Part shown: one piece after another, positions 1-13,894 of the stretch | Layout: the number at the start of each line of letters is the position of its first letter | Position numbering within the stretch: the first letter of the stretch is position 1 | DNA from: Dendrobates tinctorius | Lineage: Eukaryota | Reading direction: 5' to 3' | Assembly (NCBI RefSeq): GCF_039654945.1 | Contig: NW_027361690.1 | Span: 19,406,001 to 19,470,000, forward strand | Length of the DNA stretch: 64,000 bases | Notes under the pieces: generated by a model | The model's database searches: none | Seen by the model: the letters and a program-made list of their open reading frames with translations, nothing else | What the model was told of the DNA's origin: nothing | Position numbers and translations under genes: made by a program

Positions 1-30
1 AAAGTTATATATTTTGTGACACTCCTTTAA

Positions 31-1261
31 CCCCTTTCCGATGTTGGGCGTAGTAGTACGCTGATGTCGGAATCCCTCTCTTTGATGTGGCCTCCGACGC
101 TGAGCCCACATCTTTTCTGGCACATGTCAGCTGTTTTGTACCGCTGACATGTGCCTCTAACAGCCGCAGGTGGAATCGCGATCCACCACGACTGTTATCT
201 AGTTAAATTCCGCTGTCAAACTCTGACAATGGCATTTAACTCGCGCTTCCGGCAAGCGCACCAGAAATCTCACATATTGGTGCCCGTGTCACATGGCCAC
301 GGGTCACTGATAGGTTAGCATGACAACCAGAGGCTTCCAGCAGACCTCTATGATTGTCACTGTCGGATTCATATGAGCACCCAGTGGTCGGCGCTCACAG
401 CAAGTGAGTAATTCAGCTACATACAGGTGATCTGATCATTGCCTGTATGTAACAGAGCCGATCGGATTATGGTAGCTTTTAGTCTCCCATGGAGACTATT
501 GAAGCATGCTAAAAGTTAAAAAAAGTTATTAAAAAATAGAAAAAATATAAAATTTCAAATCACCCCCTTTCACCCCATTCAAAATAAAACAATAAAAAAA
601 ATCGAACAGACTCATATTTGGAATTGCCACATTCAGAATCGCTGATCTATCAATATAGAAAAAAGAATTAACCTGATCGCTAAACGGCGTAGCGAGAAAA
701 AAAGTTAAAACGCCAGAATTAAGTTTTTTCGGTCACATTAAAATGCAATAACGGACGATCAAAAGATCGTATCTTCACCAAAATGGTGTCATTAAAAACA
801 TCAGCTCGGCGCACAAAAAATAAGCCCTCACGCAACGTGAGATCACGAAAAATGGAGCCGCTACGGGTATCAGAAAATAGCACAATTTTTTTTTTTGTAT
901 CAAACTTTGGATTTTTTTTTCACCACTTAGATAAAAAAAGAACGTAGATATGTTTGGTGTCTATGAACTTGTAATGACCTGGAGATTCATAATGGCAGGT
1001 CAGTTTGAGCATTTAGTGAACATGGTAAAAAAATAAAAACTGTGGGATTGCATTTTTTTTGCAATTTCACTGCACTTGGAAATTTTTCCTGTTTTCCAGT
1101 ACATTTTATGGTAAAACCAATGGTGTCGTTCAAAAATACAATTCGCCCCGCAAAAAACAAGCCCTCACATGGCTATTTTGACAGAAAAATAAAAAAGTTA
1201 TAGCTCTGGGAAAAAGAGGAGCAAAAAAACGAAACCGCAAAAATGAAAATACCTCCGGGGG
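31..1261. mobile_element. Non-autonomous TTAA-specific DNA transposon (piggyBac-like)
   Basis: TTAA|CCCC...GGGG|TTAA ends, no ORF; inverted homolog at 42921-44062 and fragment at ~25660-25822. Confidence 0.75.
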
Positions 1262-2273
1262 TTAAGGTTCTAATGAAGATATGAGGACAAGGAACATAGA
1301 GAAATTAAAATGATGTGCAATGACTAGTGCACTTTCAGTGATATGTAAAAGCCCTACGATGTAGCACTGATGATGGTAGTTTACAGTATTGCAAAGCGAG
1401 TGGATAATTTATTATTCTTTGTCTGCCCTCAGCTAACTAAATCCCCTAAAGTGCACACCGCCAGGTGATCTTGTTTCCCATCTTGTAAAATCCATTTTTT
1501 CATTTCTGAGTAACATCAGCAATGTTCTGGATTTGAATCTGTGCTCAAGTCAGCAACAAGCGGTGGCTCCCGTTGCACAAAAGTATGGTATGTGTTTTAG
1601 TACTAAGTCGAGAATATCTTCAGTACATTTCATGTCTAAATTACTGTAAAGAAAACCACAGTGAAAGGTCGCCCCTAATAATCTAAGAAAATAAGGAAAA
1701 CAGCCTTCAAATTCTGTTTCTATGCTTTTACATAGGAAAGGGAAAGTATCCAGTAGGCAGCAACACCAATTATTTACTGTTCTTGTTTCATCTTGTGCCT
1801 CTTGTAATTTTCTCAATAGATTGTACTTTTGTGACTTTACTTCCTCCCATTTATAAAGAAATAAATATGAATTTATTTTCATTGTTTTTGGACACAATAT
1901 AAATCTGCCCAGTTTTGCAGCTCTGCAAAGCTATTTTGCAGACAGACATAGAACAAGAACACCGGCCTCATCTGATCCACAAATCTTGTTAGCAATAGTT
2001 GACTTACCTCTTGGCGTTCATCTTTAGAAAGTTATCATGATGTAAGACCAAAGTGGGTTCTTGAACATTAATTTTCCCCACTGGAGCACAACTCTATACC
2101 TAGATTTGCATGTATAGTCTATCGGTTTTGAGTCTAGATCGTACAGTTGGATCTCTACAGTATCTGTATTTTTTTATCTGTAACTGTAATTTTCCTGCCC
2201 ATATTTCTTTTCTTTTTGTTCCCATGTCTTTTTGTTTTCATCTACTTATTGTTATTTTGAAAAGATACTTATT

Positions 2274-2307
2274 ACAGTCTGATGAAGTTCTTTAAGACTG
2301 AAACGTT
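2274..2307 (+). ncRNA. Minimal type-I hammerhead ribozyme motif (interrupted downstream by a MITE)
   Basis: CTGATGA(2279-2285)-AGTT ctttaa GACT-GAAAC GTT; AATAAA follows the MITE. Confidence 0.55.
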
Positions 2308-2310
2308 ATA

Positions 2311-2520
2311 CAGTGCTGTGCAAATTAAATGGGACAAAGCATTTTTTTAAGTAAAATCGTAAGTTGGTTACCAGTCAGTGATTCAAACCAGTTTTAACTG
2401 CTTTGAACAGGTGTGAGTGCCTGTTCAAAGCAGTTAAAACTGGTTTGAACCACTGACTGGTAACAAACTTACGATTTTACTTAAAAAAATGCTTTGTCCC
2501 AATTAATTTGCACAGCACTG
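2311..2520. mobile_element. Tc1/mariner-type palindromic MITE
   Basis: ~100-bp near-perfect arms CAGTGCTGTG...CACAGCACTG, TA flanks both ends. Confidence 0.88.
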
Positions 2521-4047
2521 TATTGTTTGTGATTGCATAATAAAACTGAATTTTCAATATCTTTACTTGAGCGCCGGAATCTTTTTTAGTAATTTGCTAT
2601 ACGGAGTGGTATCCTATCCGTGCACTCATCGAAACAGAGTGACGCAATACCCTATTTCAGATGTGAAACCACACTTACTTCAAGCCTACCCACTCCGATC
2701 AGGATTAGCCACACCATATTGTAATTTCTCAGGAATATCTTCATCTTCGGAAGCACTCTTTATTAAGGAGGAGATGGAAGTAGTCAGAAATTCTTTACGC
2801 TAATACAATGGCTTGAATTAGCCAGATGCTCTCTAAGATTTTTATCTTCTGTCATGAAAAGCATTTACAATTAATGAGTCCCACATACCGAATAGGCAGT
2901 GAGTAATAAAAATATTTAGGAATGCAACTCAGCAATGTAAGCAAGCTGCTGGTATGCTTTTGGACTGTTGTAGGTATTACGCACATGTTTAGGTGACTGC
3001 TGATGGCCATATAGTCATTTAATATAGTGTACACTTTGCCAGCATTTTTATATATTTCTCCAATCAATCTAAATATGAAATGCAAACAAAACTGAAGAAA
3101 AATCTAAATTGATTAAGTTTAGTGTCTTGGAAAAATGAGGTCTAAAGAAGGCAATGTTTAAGGTGTGGTATGCTAGGCACATCCCGTGTGAATAAGGAGA
3201 GTTTGCAGCTAGAGCTCCTTTTACCCTTGGGTCTTTGTCAGATGTCACCAAGTATTGTAGATAATGGATATAGAAGATCAAAATGGATCTCAGAAAGTTA
3301 CTTTCAACACTTCTATGTTGCAACTCTCAAAAATGTGGTGGATACTTCAAATTCTTTTCAAATTTCTGTTCTGGTTAATTAATACTGTAAAAACAGATGC
3401 GAAAATAATATAGAAGAAGTGGAATAATCTCTAGCTTTCTGAGATTCATTTTGATTCCCTGTTTCTATTATCTATTTCAATGAAAATGGCTTTGATTTAA
3501 AACGTTCTATCATTTTGTGTATCCATGCAGACCTATGTGTATTACTAAAAAAAAATACACAAAAATTGAGCTTGGTTTGAGTTGGTACACATGCAGCATA
3601 TAAATGCATGTTCATATGGCCAAAAAGCATAAAAAACCTACAAAAGACAAAATGAAAAAAACCCTGCTATAATTAAATAAGTAAAAAGCAAAATGTGCAT
3701 TTAAATCATACAGAGTTCTTAGTAATACTGTATTTGATCAAACATAGCATAAAAGCCGTCCCACCATCGACAAGGTGACTCTGTGGTCGGGGCGGTCCTA
3801 CACTGTCTAGTATTAATAACCTTATCATGTGTCAAAGTTGACGTCTGTGTGAATAAGGGCAGACAAAGACCAGGTCCCAATCACTGGACACCAGTTTTTT
3901 GACGCTTATCATATCATGAGACAAGCATAGACTAATATGACCAGTGTATGACGGCTCCAGTGCATGGCCAAAAGCCTAGTTCTGCACCACAACAGGTACA
4001 TGATGATGGGAAACTTTATACTACGTAAAATGTATACTGCCTATTAC

Positions 4048-4173
4048 CTGTGCACCCGGTGGATCCCTTCTTGCCCGAGTAACCAGGATTACAATGACAG
4101 ATGAATGAGCCTTTGGTGTTCTCGCAGCTTCCACTCAGACAGATGTTTAAATGGAGTTCACACTCATCAACAT
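4048..4173 (-). CDS. fbn1: fbn1 exon ~31: cbEGF17 ([42 protein letters not shown])
   Basis: 126 bp, AG/GT. Confidence 0.96.
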
Positions 4174-4769
4174 CTGAAAGAAACAGGAACATGTCACGTA
4201 GAGTAAGGAACATTACAACATAGTCCACATGTGTACACAGATCAGGCTTCCAAGCAGAGTAGACACCGGCCAAGGGAATTCGTCAAATCTTCTAACGATA
4301 GATCTATGAGATCATTTTAGCAATGCTTAACCCTTTGACCACCTTCCTGCCCTACCAGTTTTAAAACAAAATCCAAATATGATACATAACTAAAATGCTA
4401 TACTATTATTGGGCCATGGATGTCAGTTTTACCAAACCAATTATAATGTATACTTCATTTGTAGGTAATTTCATCACATTCTCATCTGTCTGTTATTGTA
4501 TAATAGTCTAGTATAATATAACCCAGGATTTGGCTCTGCTCTCACTTCCTTATGTGTAGTCACTGTGATCAGTATTTCTATAGAACGCCCTACTGTTTAT
4601 GCTCTTGATTTATCCTGATTTTACTTTCTGGCACAGGTACTTTGGGTCTGAAACTACAACTGTGGATTACACAGGGTATTCTGTTCACCGGGAGAGTTTT
4701 CTACTTCTTTCCTCTCCCAGATCTTCCCTACCAATAACAAGAGAAACCAATCTCTTTTACTGTACTATC

Positions 4770-4960
4770 TACATGCTTCTTTCTTTCTCTTTGCCTCGTT
4801 TATCTCTCTTTATTACTCTTTCTTTCTTTATTACTCTTGCTTGCTCTCTTTCTTTTTTCCTCCTCATTCTTTCTCTTTACCCTCTCTTTCTCATGTTCCA
4901 TCTTTCTCTTTCTCTCTCTTTCTCTTTATTATTGGATCTTTCTTTCTCTCTCTTTTTTTG
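4770..4960. repeat. Degenerate CT-rich microsatellite
   Basis: Pyrimidine tract of TC/TTC repeats. Confidence 0.8.
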
Positions 4961-6398
4961 CTACTCTACCTGGCACTGTCACATTAAGGGAACTCCCCCA
5001 TCACTAACACGATACATATTTGTGCTTGTCTTGTTCCGTGTCTCAGTTCTTGAGATATGACAATTGTCCCATAAAAATTTAGTGGAGCTATGGAGTAAAT
5101 GATTCAAGGCCTATTCCCCATATTTATGGCATGAAAAAAGTAAAAAATATTTGTGATTTTATTTACTATTTTATGCCACGCTTGACTCTTAAAAAAAAGG
5201 TGGGTCTTGTCAAAAGAAGCGTGATCAACCACATTCCAAAAAGTTTACTGCAATTTAGGCCTCTTAATATATTTGGTGCATTTTACTCCAACAATCTTTT
5301 TGTTTAAGACTAATACATAAAATACCAGTCTTAGTAAATTTCCCCCTTTGTGTCCTTCTGCAGACAGAGCAGTAAAAGGAGGCTATAGACATCAGAGACA
5401 TAGTAGACTACGTTTAAGTGTCTTCCTCCAGTAGGCATATATGCCTGAAAATGATGTATGGCAGAGCGAACGTTTGCTCTTTTGGCACCATTATAGTTTA
5501 TGGCCCTGTCGGTGCACAAATCCTGTTTTGCAGGGGGTTTGAAAGTAAGCCCCTAAGGGGTCAATGAATGGGTGCCTGAACGCAGTGTGAAAGCACCCAC
5601 AGCTGTCAAATGAACCCTTTAATGATTGAAAGCTATCTTTCCTGGCCACTCCATACACTCGGCTTGGTCATGTATACTGTACATGTGTTCTACATTGTGA
5701 GAGGACTAAGCCGCTAAGACACCTTTGATGTCAATTTATCTTCCCTAGGAAAAAACAATCAGGCATTCAATTTCGATAAAAGATTATTTTCTCCAAAACT
5801 ATATGTTGGGTAATTGAAAGGCCCAAAATTGGCGAAGTTACTTTAGAATTAAAGAGAAGGAAATCAAAGGGGCATTGTGAGCTTATGGAACACAGGGAGA
5901 AAACCTCTGTATATATTTCTACGTTTTAAAGAGAATCTCTTACTTTTCTTTTAGCATAAACTGAGTACCTCCTCCAGTTAGCGTAGGCCCAGTGATTTTG
6001 GAAATGATTCCTTGCCCCTCCATTTCAAAACTAACAATGAGTAATAATGGTGCAAATTTCCCTTCAACCAAGCGACCTTCTCTGTGAGCCGTTTGCTTTT
6101 TCTCCCCTTATGCTGGTCAACCAGTACATGGATGTGCTCATAGAGAAGTTCTGTGGTACACTCCCAGTTGGTTAAAGGGAATATTTGCACCATTACTACT
6201 GGTACTGTGGATCATGGAAAGGAAGGGTACATAAGATAAAGGAAAAATCAGTAAAGCATCACCAATTGGAGGATGTACTCAGTTTAAATATCCAGTAAAA
6301 GGTATTATTTATTTGTCATCTGAGACAAAATAGGATGAAAGGAATGGTGTAGATAAAGGTTAGAATTACTGTGATTTTCTATTTTTCTTCGTCATACA

Positions 6399-6819
6399 AG
6401 GGGTTGTACGGACTTAGGACACAAGTCTGTGACTGCATACTTGTGAATCCTCATGGAGCATTGTTGCTGGGAGAGGGCGGGCCTGTGCTTATGCAATCTG
6501 CATACTTCCGTCCACATTCCGACTAGACGTATCTTGCCTCGCTTAATACATTTGCATTGAGCAAAGCTGCGCACATCTAGTCGTTATGTGACCGCATGTT
6601 CAAAACCCCCCCTGCCCAGGAGCTGTGGTATAATCAGACCATGCTCCTGTACGGTCAGACACAGCGATTACACAGTACACAGCAGGGACACATTTATAAG
6701 ATTCTCTCAGCACAGGAACATTGTATTTATACACATCCATTTGGAGAACTTATTATTATTCAAAGATCTATTGATCAAACTATTGATTACATGTATCTTT
6801 ATTTTGTTGGAAAACCCCT
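6399..6819. mobile_element. Probable T2/Kolobok-like MITE
   Basis: AGGGGTTGT... and ...AAAACCCCT|TTAA termini; degenerate. Confidence 0.5.
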
Positions 6820-7054
6820 TTAAGCACAGTAGAACATCTAATGGGCATTTCCTACAGCCATCAGATGTAAGTCTAGGTCCTAGGTACAGATATAATACAG
6901 GGTGAGAAACTAAAGGCTTCATTCCTGTATTGGCAATACAATAAAAAGCAGTTTGGAGGTAAGTGACCACACAACATATAGACACGTCCCTTGTGGCATT
7001 GCTCACTGGAGAACAGTGGAGCTGTGAGATGTAACATATGAAAGTGTGACTGAC

Positions 7055-7180
7055 CGAGACAAGTTTTCATATCAATGGATGCCATGTACCCATCATAGCA
7101 GAGGCAGCGGTACTCTCCAGGTATGTTTGTGCACTGGCCTCCATCGCAGATGTTTGGATTAGTTTCACACTCATCGATGT
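7055..7180 (-). CDS. fbn1: fbn1 exon ~30: cbEGF16 ([42 protein letters not shown])
   Basis: 126 bp, AG/GT. Confidence 0.96.
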
Positions 7181-8897
7181 CTGTAAAGAAACACAATAAA
7201 AAGAAGCTGTAATATGTTACAATCAAGCAGATATTCAACATTTCAGAATATAATGTACGGTAAGTAAGGTGGATAAGGGAATTACAGCTTCCTACTATAC
7301 TTTGTCATACATCTTGTCTGCATCTTGAATGGAGTTCATCAAAGGAAAAAGATTGTTGCATTACAGCCCGGTTCTGCCGCTCCATATGCAGAATACGGAC
7401 TGCAATAAGGCAATGGTTTTAGGCGGCATCAGTGACAAATTTGTTCCATTACTGTGCCAATCTTTATAGGGATTTTACATGTCATTTTCCATATATAACC
7501 GACGCTATGTAAAGCAGACTTTAGAACTCCCCACTATTGTACCAACTGCATATTTGAAATTTGGCATATTTTCAGGCATTTCCTTAATGTAATCCAGTAA
7601 TCCCTGTACTGAACTGACAATATTGAGAATAATTAACTATGGGGCAACCACTAAGACTACAAACTGAACATTATGGAAATACGTAACATACTTATTAACC
7701 ATTTTGTGATTCGGGCTCTTTCTTGATCTTGCATAATTATTAAAATGAAAATAATAAAGGTACTGATTCATTAAGACTAAGATTTTGCACCAGTCGTGGA
7801 GTTAGATGCACCACATTTATCGAGAGGTGTCAGGCTCTCCAAGAGTTTGGTGCATCTTTCAGCTGCTGTGAGCTGGCGTAAAAGATAGGTTGTACGTTTC
7901 TGCCATAATTTGCCCCACTCTTGTATTGTAAATGATGATGAATTTGTTGGCAGCACTCGACCATGCCCCTTCACCGCTAAGCTCTGCACACTAAATGAAT
8001 CAGTCCAATGTATGTTGGATTTCTGACTGACTGTGGTGTACAGCACACAGCAGCTCCCATTTTGGAGACCATTTTTACTGCGTTAGTACAATGTTAACTG
8101 GAGACAGAAGTGTCCAAGTAAAATGCGTTTTAGTGAGTGTTTCTCAATTGATATATATTTCTCCGAAGATCATGTACTTAGAGTGACAATCAAAATGAGA
8201 TGTCACTGAAGCTTTCCTACACTCTTTATAACATTCTCAGACACCGTCTGACATGTTCCAGTGGTGGTAAAGATTTTATGTTGGGTTTAACAGACAATTC
8301 ACAATTTAATTACATTATCTGAGTATTATAATGATTATTTATTATTAATATTGTAATTTCTTAATTAAGAGGAAACCACTTGATTGCAGTGAACTCATTA
8401 GGACAATCCTTTTCATATATTTCCCAATGATAAACTGCTCATAATTCTTATTTTCACTGGATCTGTTGTTTTCATGAGCGAATAACCATTTAATTGCTTA
8501 CTGATGTCTTTTACACCTCATGCCTGTCTACAGCTTAAGCAATATATTAAGCAAATGTTTTACTGGCAGGGGCCCAACCACTGAGATCTCCTTACATTTA
8601 GAGAATGTTCTTTTTACAAAAGAATGAAGAGTTGTAGGGAGGAGAGGACTAGAGATTTCCCCACTCATATATGTGTTACTTCAGATTTGGAAACAGCCAA
8701 GTGAGACCTCAGTTTCCAAATCTCCTTGTCTCGTCTTTAAGGCACCCATACATATTAGAATGTTAGATGAGCTACCGATATTGACCGGATCGGCCAACAG
8801 TCTGAAATGGCGCCGGCTGACTGATAATCAGGAATGATATCGATCATGTAATGTGATCGGCAGTCCAATTACAGATTGCCGATTCTCATAGAAATAA

Positions 8898-9848
8898 TAG
8901 AATAAAACCTGAGGCGCGGTTAAGCATTATGCTTCTTTGACACACTTCCTGTTTTCTGATACAGATTATGCCCCACTTCCGTCCAGAGTGACGGTCCGCG
9001 CACACGTGGTATTGGCGCTATTGGACGTCAGTCCCCCTCCAGCTGTATTGCATTTATGTCAGAAGTAGAATATATAAGAGACATAAGTTCTGGGCCATAC
9101 ACATGCACACACTTCACAGGCAGCGGCGCAGTCCCAGGTTACCGCATTTCCCGATTTAGGTTAGTAATATATAAAAAAATTTACTATATACCGCTTACAA
9201 TATAATGTGTCTACAATGCTTTTTTTCTGTCACACTTTGAGTCTTACTCTATTTTTTACCTCTTTTTTCTCCTTTTCCTCCTTTAGAGTTTTTGAAACTT
9301 CAATATATAACCACACAGGTACTTATATCTTTGATTGCTCTCTACACATTTTCCCTATGGTACATTTAAACTGCGTTAGGCTGTAGTTTATTTATGACAT
9401 TTGAGTAACTTTTTTTCCCCCTTGTAGATTGTACCTATTGATTTATTGTAAGGATTTATCCTGATGATGGAGTCCTAACTCCGAAAAAAAATTTTTTGCT
9501 AATTTTTTTGCTAATTTTGCCAATTTCATTCTGTCAATGTATTGCTTATACTGATCAGATGTCGCTTTTTATTATAATTTTTCTCCACTTGTATGAATAT
9601 GTCAGTCAGTGATAACATATTAGTTCTATATATTTTGTGTCATTCTCAGATAGAATTTCTAATTACAATATTGTTATATTTTGTTTAGATAATACCCTTG
9701 ATAAAGGCCTGCTCGGCCGAAACGTTGGGCTCTGTGTGACTGACAATAAAATTTGCATATTCAAAAATCGTTTTTTAAGCCTCAGGTTTTATTCTATTAT
9801 TGATTGATTTTCCTGACGGCTTGGTTGTCTTTCCCCATATATATTATA
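8898..9848 (+). mobile_element. Non-coding Penelope-like/retrozyme insertion with hammerhead motifs
   Basis: 14-bp direct flank TCTCATAGAAATAA (8884-8897, 9849-9862); 23-bp inverted segment 8893-8915/9779-9801; HHR cores at 9461 and 9698; AATAAA at ~9745. Confidence 0.7.
9695..9729 (+). ncRNA. Minimal type-I hammerhead ribozyme, U3-A8 variant
   Basis: CCC-TTGATAA-A-GGCC tgctc GGCC-GAAAC GTT-GGG: stems I and II pair, palindromic AACGTT stem III. Confidence 0.7.
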
Positions 9849-10777
9849 TCTCATAGAAATAAGCCACCGGCCAACAAGTCAGTTGGCGACTTTCTCATAG
9901 AGAACACATTAGGGCTCGGCCGAGCTAACGCTCATATGTATGGGAGTGCTGGCAGAGATGGATTTCAGCTATAGCATCTTTCTGCCAACAGCCATCTATG
10001 GTGTATGGTCAGCTTTACACTTAGATGTGTAGAAAGTGGGACATATATAAGATCTTAGTGGTCTGTCTTCTAACAATCTTGTGTGGCACATATTATGAAT
10101 ATAAAGGAAAACCTAAGCTGACAAATATGTACATCTTCTCTTATGGCTGAACTTGGATTTTTTCATAAATTTCCATAAACTTCTATAACTTTTATGGTTA
10201 ATACCAATAGGCTAGTTGCTGGTATATTAAAAAAGGTGAATTCAATGTCATTGTCACTCTAACGCTAAGTTCACACAAGTATATACAAATGTTCCCATTT
10301 TTCATTTGGATTGAAATAGTCAATTTTTCATCTGGATTGTGATCCAAGTGGCATTTGTTTTTAAACATCAGCTGTTAATAAAATATACTAGACCAAAAAC
10401 AATTTCCTATGTTAATAACTGAAATTTAGTCATAAAATTGGATGCTATAAGGTTGATCTGCATGGGATCCAATTTTTTGGTGCACCCATGGACTTGCGTA
10501 GACAGGTTGTATCCAAATACAAAGAAAATTAGTTCGTGCTGCAATTTTTCGATTATGACATTTGGTTCATGTAAAAAAAAAACGGTCATCTTCACAGCTC
10601 AAATGAATAACGTTGGTTCAAGTGCTGTCAGCTTTTTTTCCAGCTTTTTCCACAGACAGAACGTAGACCAAACATTTGGTAGTGTGACCGTAGCTTCAGT
10701 CTGAATAATCTGAATAATCATACTTCTAACTGTACAATGTACACCATGGCATACCACAAAATAAATAGAAGACTTAC

Positions 10778-10900
10778 CAGTGCAGGTTCTATGATCTGGC
10801 ATTAAAGCATAACCTTCTAAGCAACTACATTCATAACTTCCTTCAGAGTTGGTACAGTTTGAGTCGCATCCACCATTGTAATGTTCACATTCATCAATAT
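10778..10900 (-). CDS. fbn1: fbn1 exon ~29: cbEGF15 ([41 protein letters not shown])
   Basis: 123 bp, AG/GT. Confidence 0.96.
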
Positions 10901-11460
10901 CTGAAAAACACATGAGCATTTCAGTATGAGAATACTCGTACTACCATAAAGGACTGATGTTCTGGTAGACGTTTGGAGAATAAAGAAGAGGTGCCATACT
11001 AAAAGCAAAAAAAAAATTGTCACAATTAGGCCTTATACATATGGTAGACACTGTACAGGGACACAGAATCTTTGTGGCTCCACAATAAGGAAACACTTGT
11101 ATTTGGTACCAATGTATGGTGCTCTGTATGGCACCATAAAAAGGGTCAGTCTCTTCCAGAAGAAGTGTCTCTATGGGAATAATTACTATAACGAAGCATC
11201 TTTTGATTTTTCTTTAGATTTTAATCTGATAGTAGACATCCCTGCTATATTCAGAGGTGAAGCAAGGACTCATACGAGATAATGGGTGGTGTACTATTGT
11301 TATCATCAACTTGTCTCCATATTATGACTATGTGCATGAGACATAATGGGAAGATTTGGTTGTTTGGCTACTTAAATGTGCCAATACAGTAAAATATAAT
11401 TTCAGACATATCACTACAATATATATTTGAGATAGAATTTACTAAACAAATGTCACTTAC

Positions 11461-11586
11461 CAACACAGGCGAGTTTATCAGGGGATGGTTGGTATCCTGG
11501 ATCACAAGCACACTGGTATCTCCCAATCAGATTGATACAGCGACCATTTCTGCACAGATCAGTACTGAGCCCACACTCATTGATAT
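11461..11586 (-). CDS. fbn1: fbn1 exon ~28: cbEGF14 ([42 protein letters not shown])
   Basis: 126 bp, AG/GT, manual translation. Confidence 0.96.
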
Positions 11587-13074
11587 CTAGAGAAAGGAGG
11601 GAAATATTGCTATGAGAAAGAAGGTGGATATCTCATTTTTACCATCACAGACCTAGTATCATAGATGCCAGACGTTAACAATGACGTGATTTCAAATACA
11701 TAATATTAATGAAATGTTTTTCCTGATTGGTAACTCTAGAGCGAGGACTTTATTTTATTATAAGACAGTTATAAATGTCTTTAAAAAGCATAAATCACTG
11801 TAACGCAAACGCTATGGGGCAAACACTGCAGAATTCAGGCTGAGCTAACTTACATGTCCTTATCCTAAATAACATCTATACTACAGACAATTTATTACAC
11901 AGCCAAGGGCTCTATGACTATTGGGACTCGCCTTACCAGAAACAATACATCTTCATCATGTTATGCAAATATAGCATAGTATAGAATAGCATTTCATGGG
12001 AATTTAGTACTTGCTCTCACTATACACGGAAAAAGCCATATGTGAATCAGGTGATAAACCATTGATCGAGGACAGTGGTTCATAGAAATAATTATATTCC
12101 TTTCTAGAGTCCTTTCAGCTCACTTATTTCCATGTAGGGTGCTTGCTAGGCAGCACACAAATACATATGGTCGATCAGCAGCAGTTTGCAGCTCTAGATC
12201 TCTACTGGTGGGGTTAATAATGCTTGATATTATCACTTTATTTCATTGGGGTACAGTTCTCAGTGCTGAAAAATGGCTCAAGGAGGTGAGAAATGGGGGA
12301 TATTTTTATTGAACTGTTTCAGCAACAAGCACTGAATGTATAGGATTGTTTTGGGACACCAACGTACATAATACAAAATCTACTAAAATCTTAGTTTGTC
12401 ATTGCCCAAGACCATAAGTGTCAGTATGTCACTATTGAAAGTCAAACAGAAGTTTGCCGTTACCCCCGGAGAATATAATAACTAGTAGACAGTGGCTAGT
12501 GGCGACATTCATGGGCACATTGTAGCTCCAGTGTTTTGACCACAACGCCGGGATTTCTTATTATGCTACATAATGAGTTCAGATTCCCAAGGAACTTGGT
12601 AGTTACGGTAAACCTCAGGGGAACTGGAAGTTTTAGCAGCCTGTATTACAGTATGAAAGCGGAATATGAGTGTATTCAGATTGATGCTGTATCTCCACAA
12701 AACTGAACACAAGGGAAAATAGAGCAAATATAATTATCTATGCACCCAACTGTTAACATGTAGAAAGCTGTATCAAAAATATATTATTTTTATTTTTTTA
12801 TGGCAGACATCTGTTCATACACAAAACATACAGTATATGTACAGTATAACCATCATTTTTGTGTGCCATTGAACTAAATTAATCAAATTACTGAGAAGAA
12901 CAGAAAATGTACCCAAATGGAAAATGTATCTGAATATATATATGATAGCATTTGGTGCTCTACTAACGTTGTATCATTTATAGAAAGATGTTCTGGGACT
13001 ATTTATATACATAAAAGATGGATATTTTCGCTAAGGGCTGCAGTTTTGAATGTAACACATTGCACCCAACTTAC

Positions 13075-13200
13075 CTAGGCAAGCGGAATTATCAGGTGCC
13101 ACTTCATGTCCAGGAGGGCATTCACATTTAAAACTTCCCTCTGTATTTAGACAGATGCCACCACGACACAAAAGTGGGTTCCTTTCACACTCATCAATAT
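13075..13200 (-). CDS. fbn1: fbn1 exon ~27: cbEGF13 ([42 protein letters not shown])
   Basis: 126 bp, AG/GT. Confidence 0.96.
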
Positions 13201-13765
13201 CTGGAACACGTAAAAAAAAAGGCCTTACAGTTCCATTAAAACACAATTTTGAGATTATTATGATCTGGCTTGGCTAATAAGCCTAACCATGTTGCAAGGT
13301 TCATAACAAGGTTGGACCTAGACTTAACAATAGTCACTTTAAAAAGCTACTACAAAGTGAAATTGTTCTTCCTTTTCAAGATAGAGCTAATTTTAATGTT
13401 TTTCTCAAAGTATACTCAATCAAAGTTAAAGAAAACATGTCAGAAGCATAGGACTGTTTAGATTAAAGTAAAGTCTAAATACGTAAATAGGAAAATGTTG
13501 CAATAGCTGAATGTCGTCCTGACCAATGTCAACATGCTAAAGACTTGACTGGGAAGAAGTGTTCCACCAATGTCAACGATCTTATTTGGTGACTCCCCTA
13601 CATGATTCTTCCTGCTAATAGATTGTATAACCCGCATGTTCACAATGAAGTTGTTGATGAAGAGATCTTCAAAAGGGCTTACAAATTTACACAACACAAA
13701 TTTATAAAAATAGGAATAGCAATTTTCAGAGACTGAATATCACTTTGCAAATGAGCATCACTCAC

Positions 13766-13894
13766 CCATACAGTTCTTCATCATCATGAATCCACTTTCA
13801 TAACCTTCGAAGCAGTCACACTCAAAGTCTCCGGGAGTGTTAATGCAGTTTCCTGGTCCACAAACATCAGGGGATATTCTGCATTCATCAATGT
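13766..13894 (-). CDS. fbn1: fbn1 exon ~26: cbEGF12 ([43 protein letters not shown])
   Basis: 129 bp, AG/GT; preceded by a 78-bp intron. Confidence 0.96.

Larger units (their letters stand above)
8741..10014. mobile_element. Harbinger-like MITE hosting the 8898-9848 insertion
   Basis: Degenerate TIRs GGCACCCATACA / TGTATGGTCAGCT with TAA/TTA flanks. Confidence 0.5.

Noticed and set aside
3771-3785. 14/15 match (CAAGGTGACTCTGTG) to the tail of the 60563 element (60929-60943)
   Set aside because: Similarity does not extend and there is no hammerhead nearby; cannot be distinguished from chance.
4599-5060. 153-aa hydrophobic ORF
   Set aside because: Derived from a CT-rich microsatellite.
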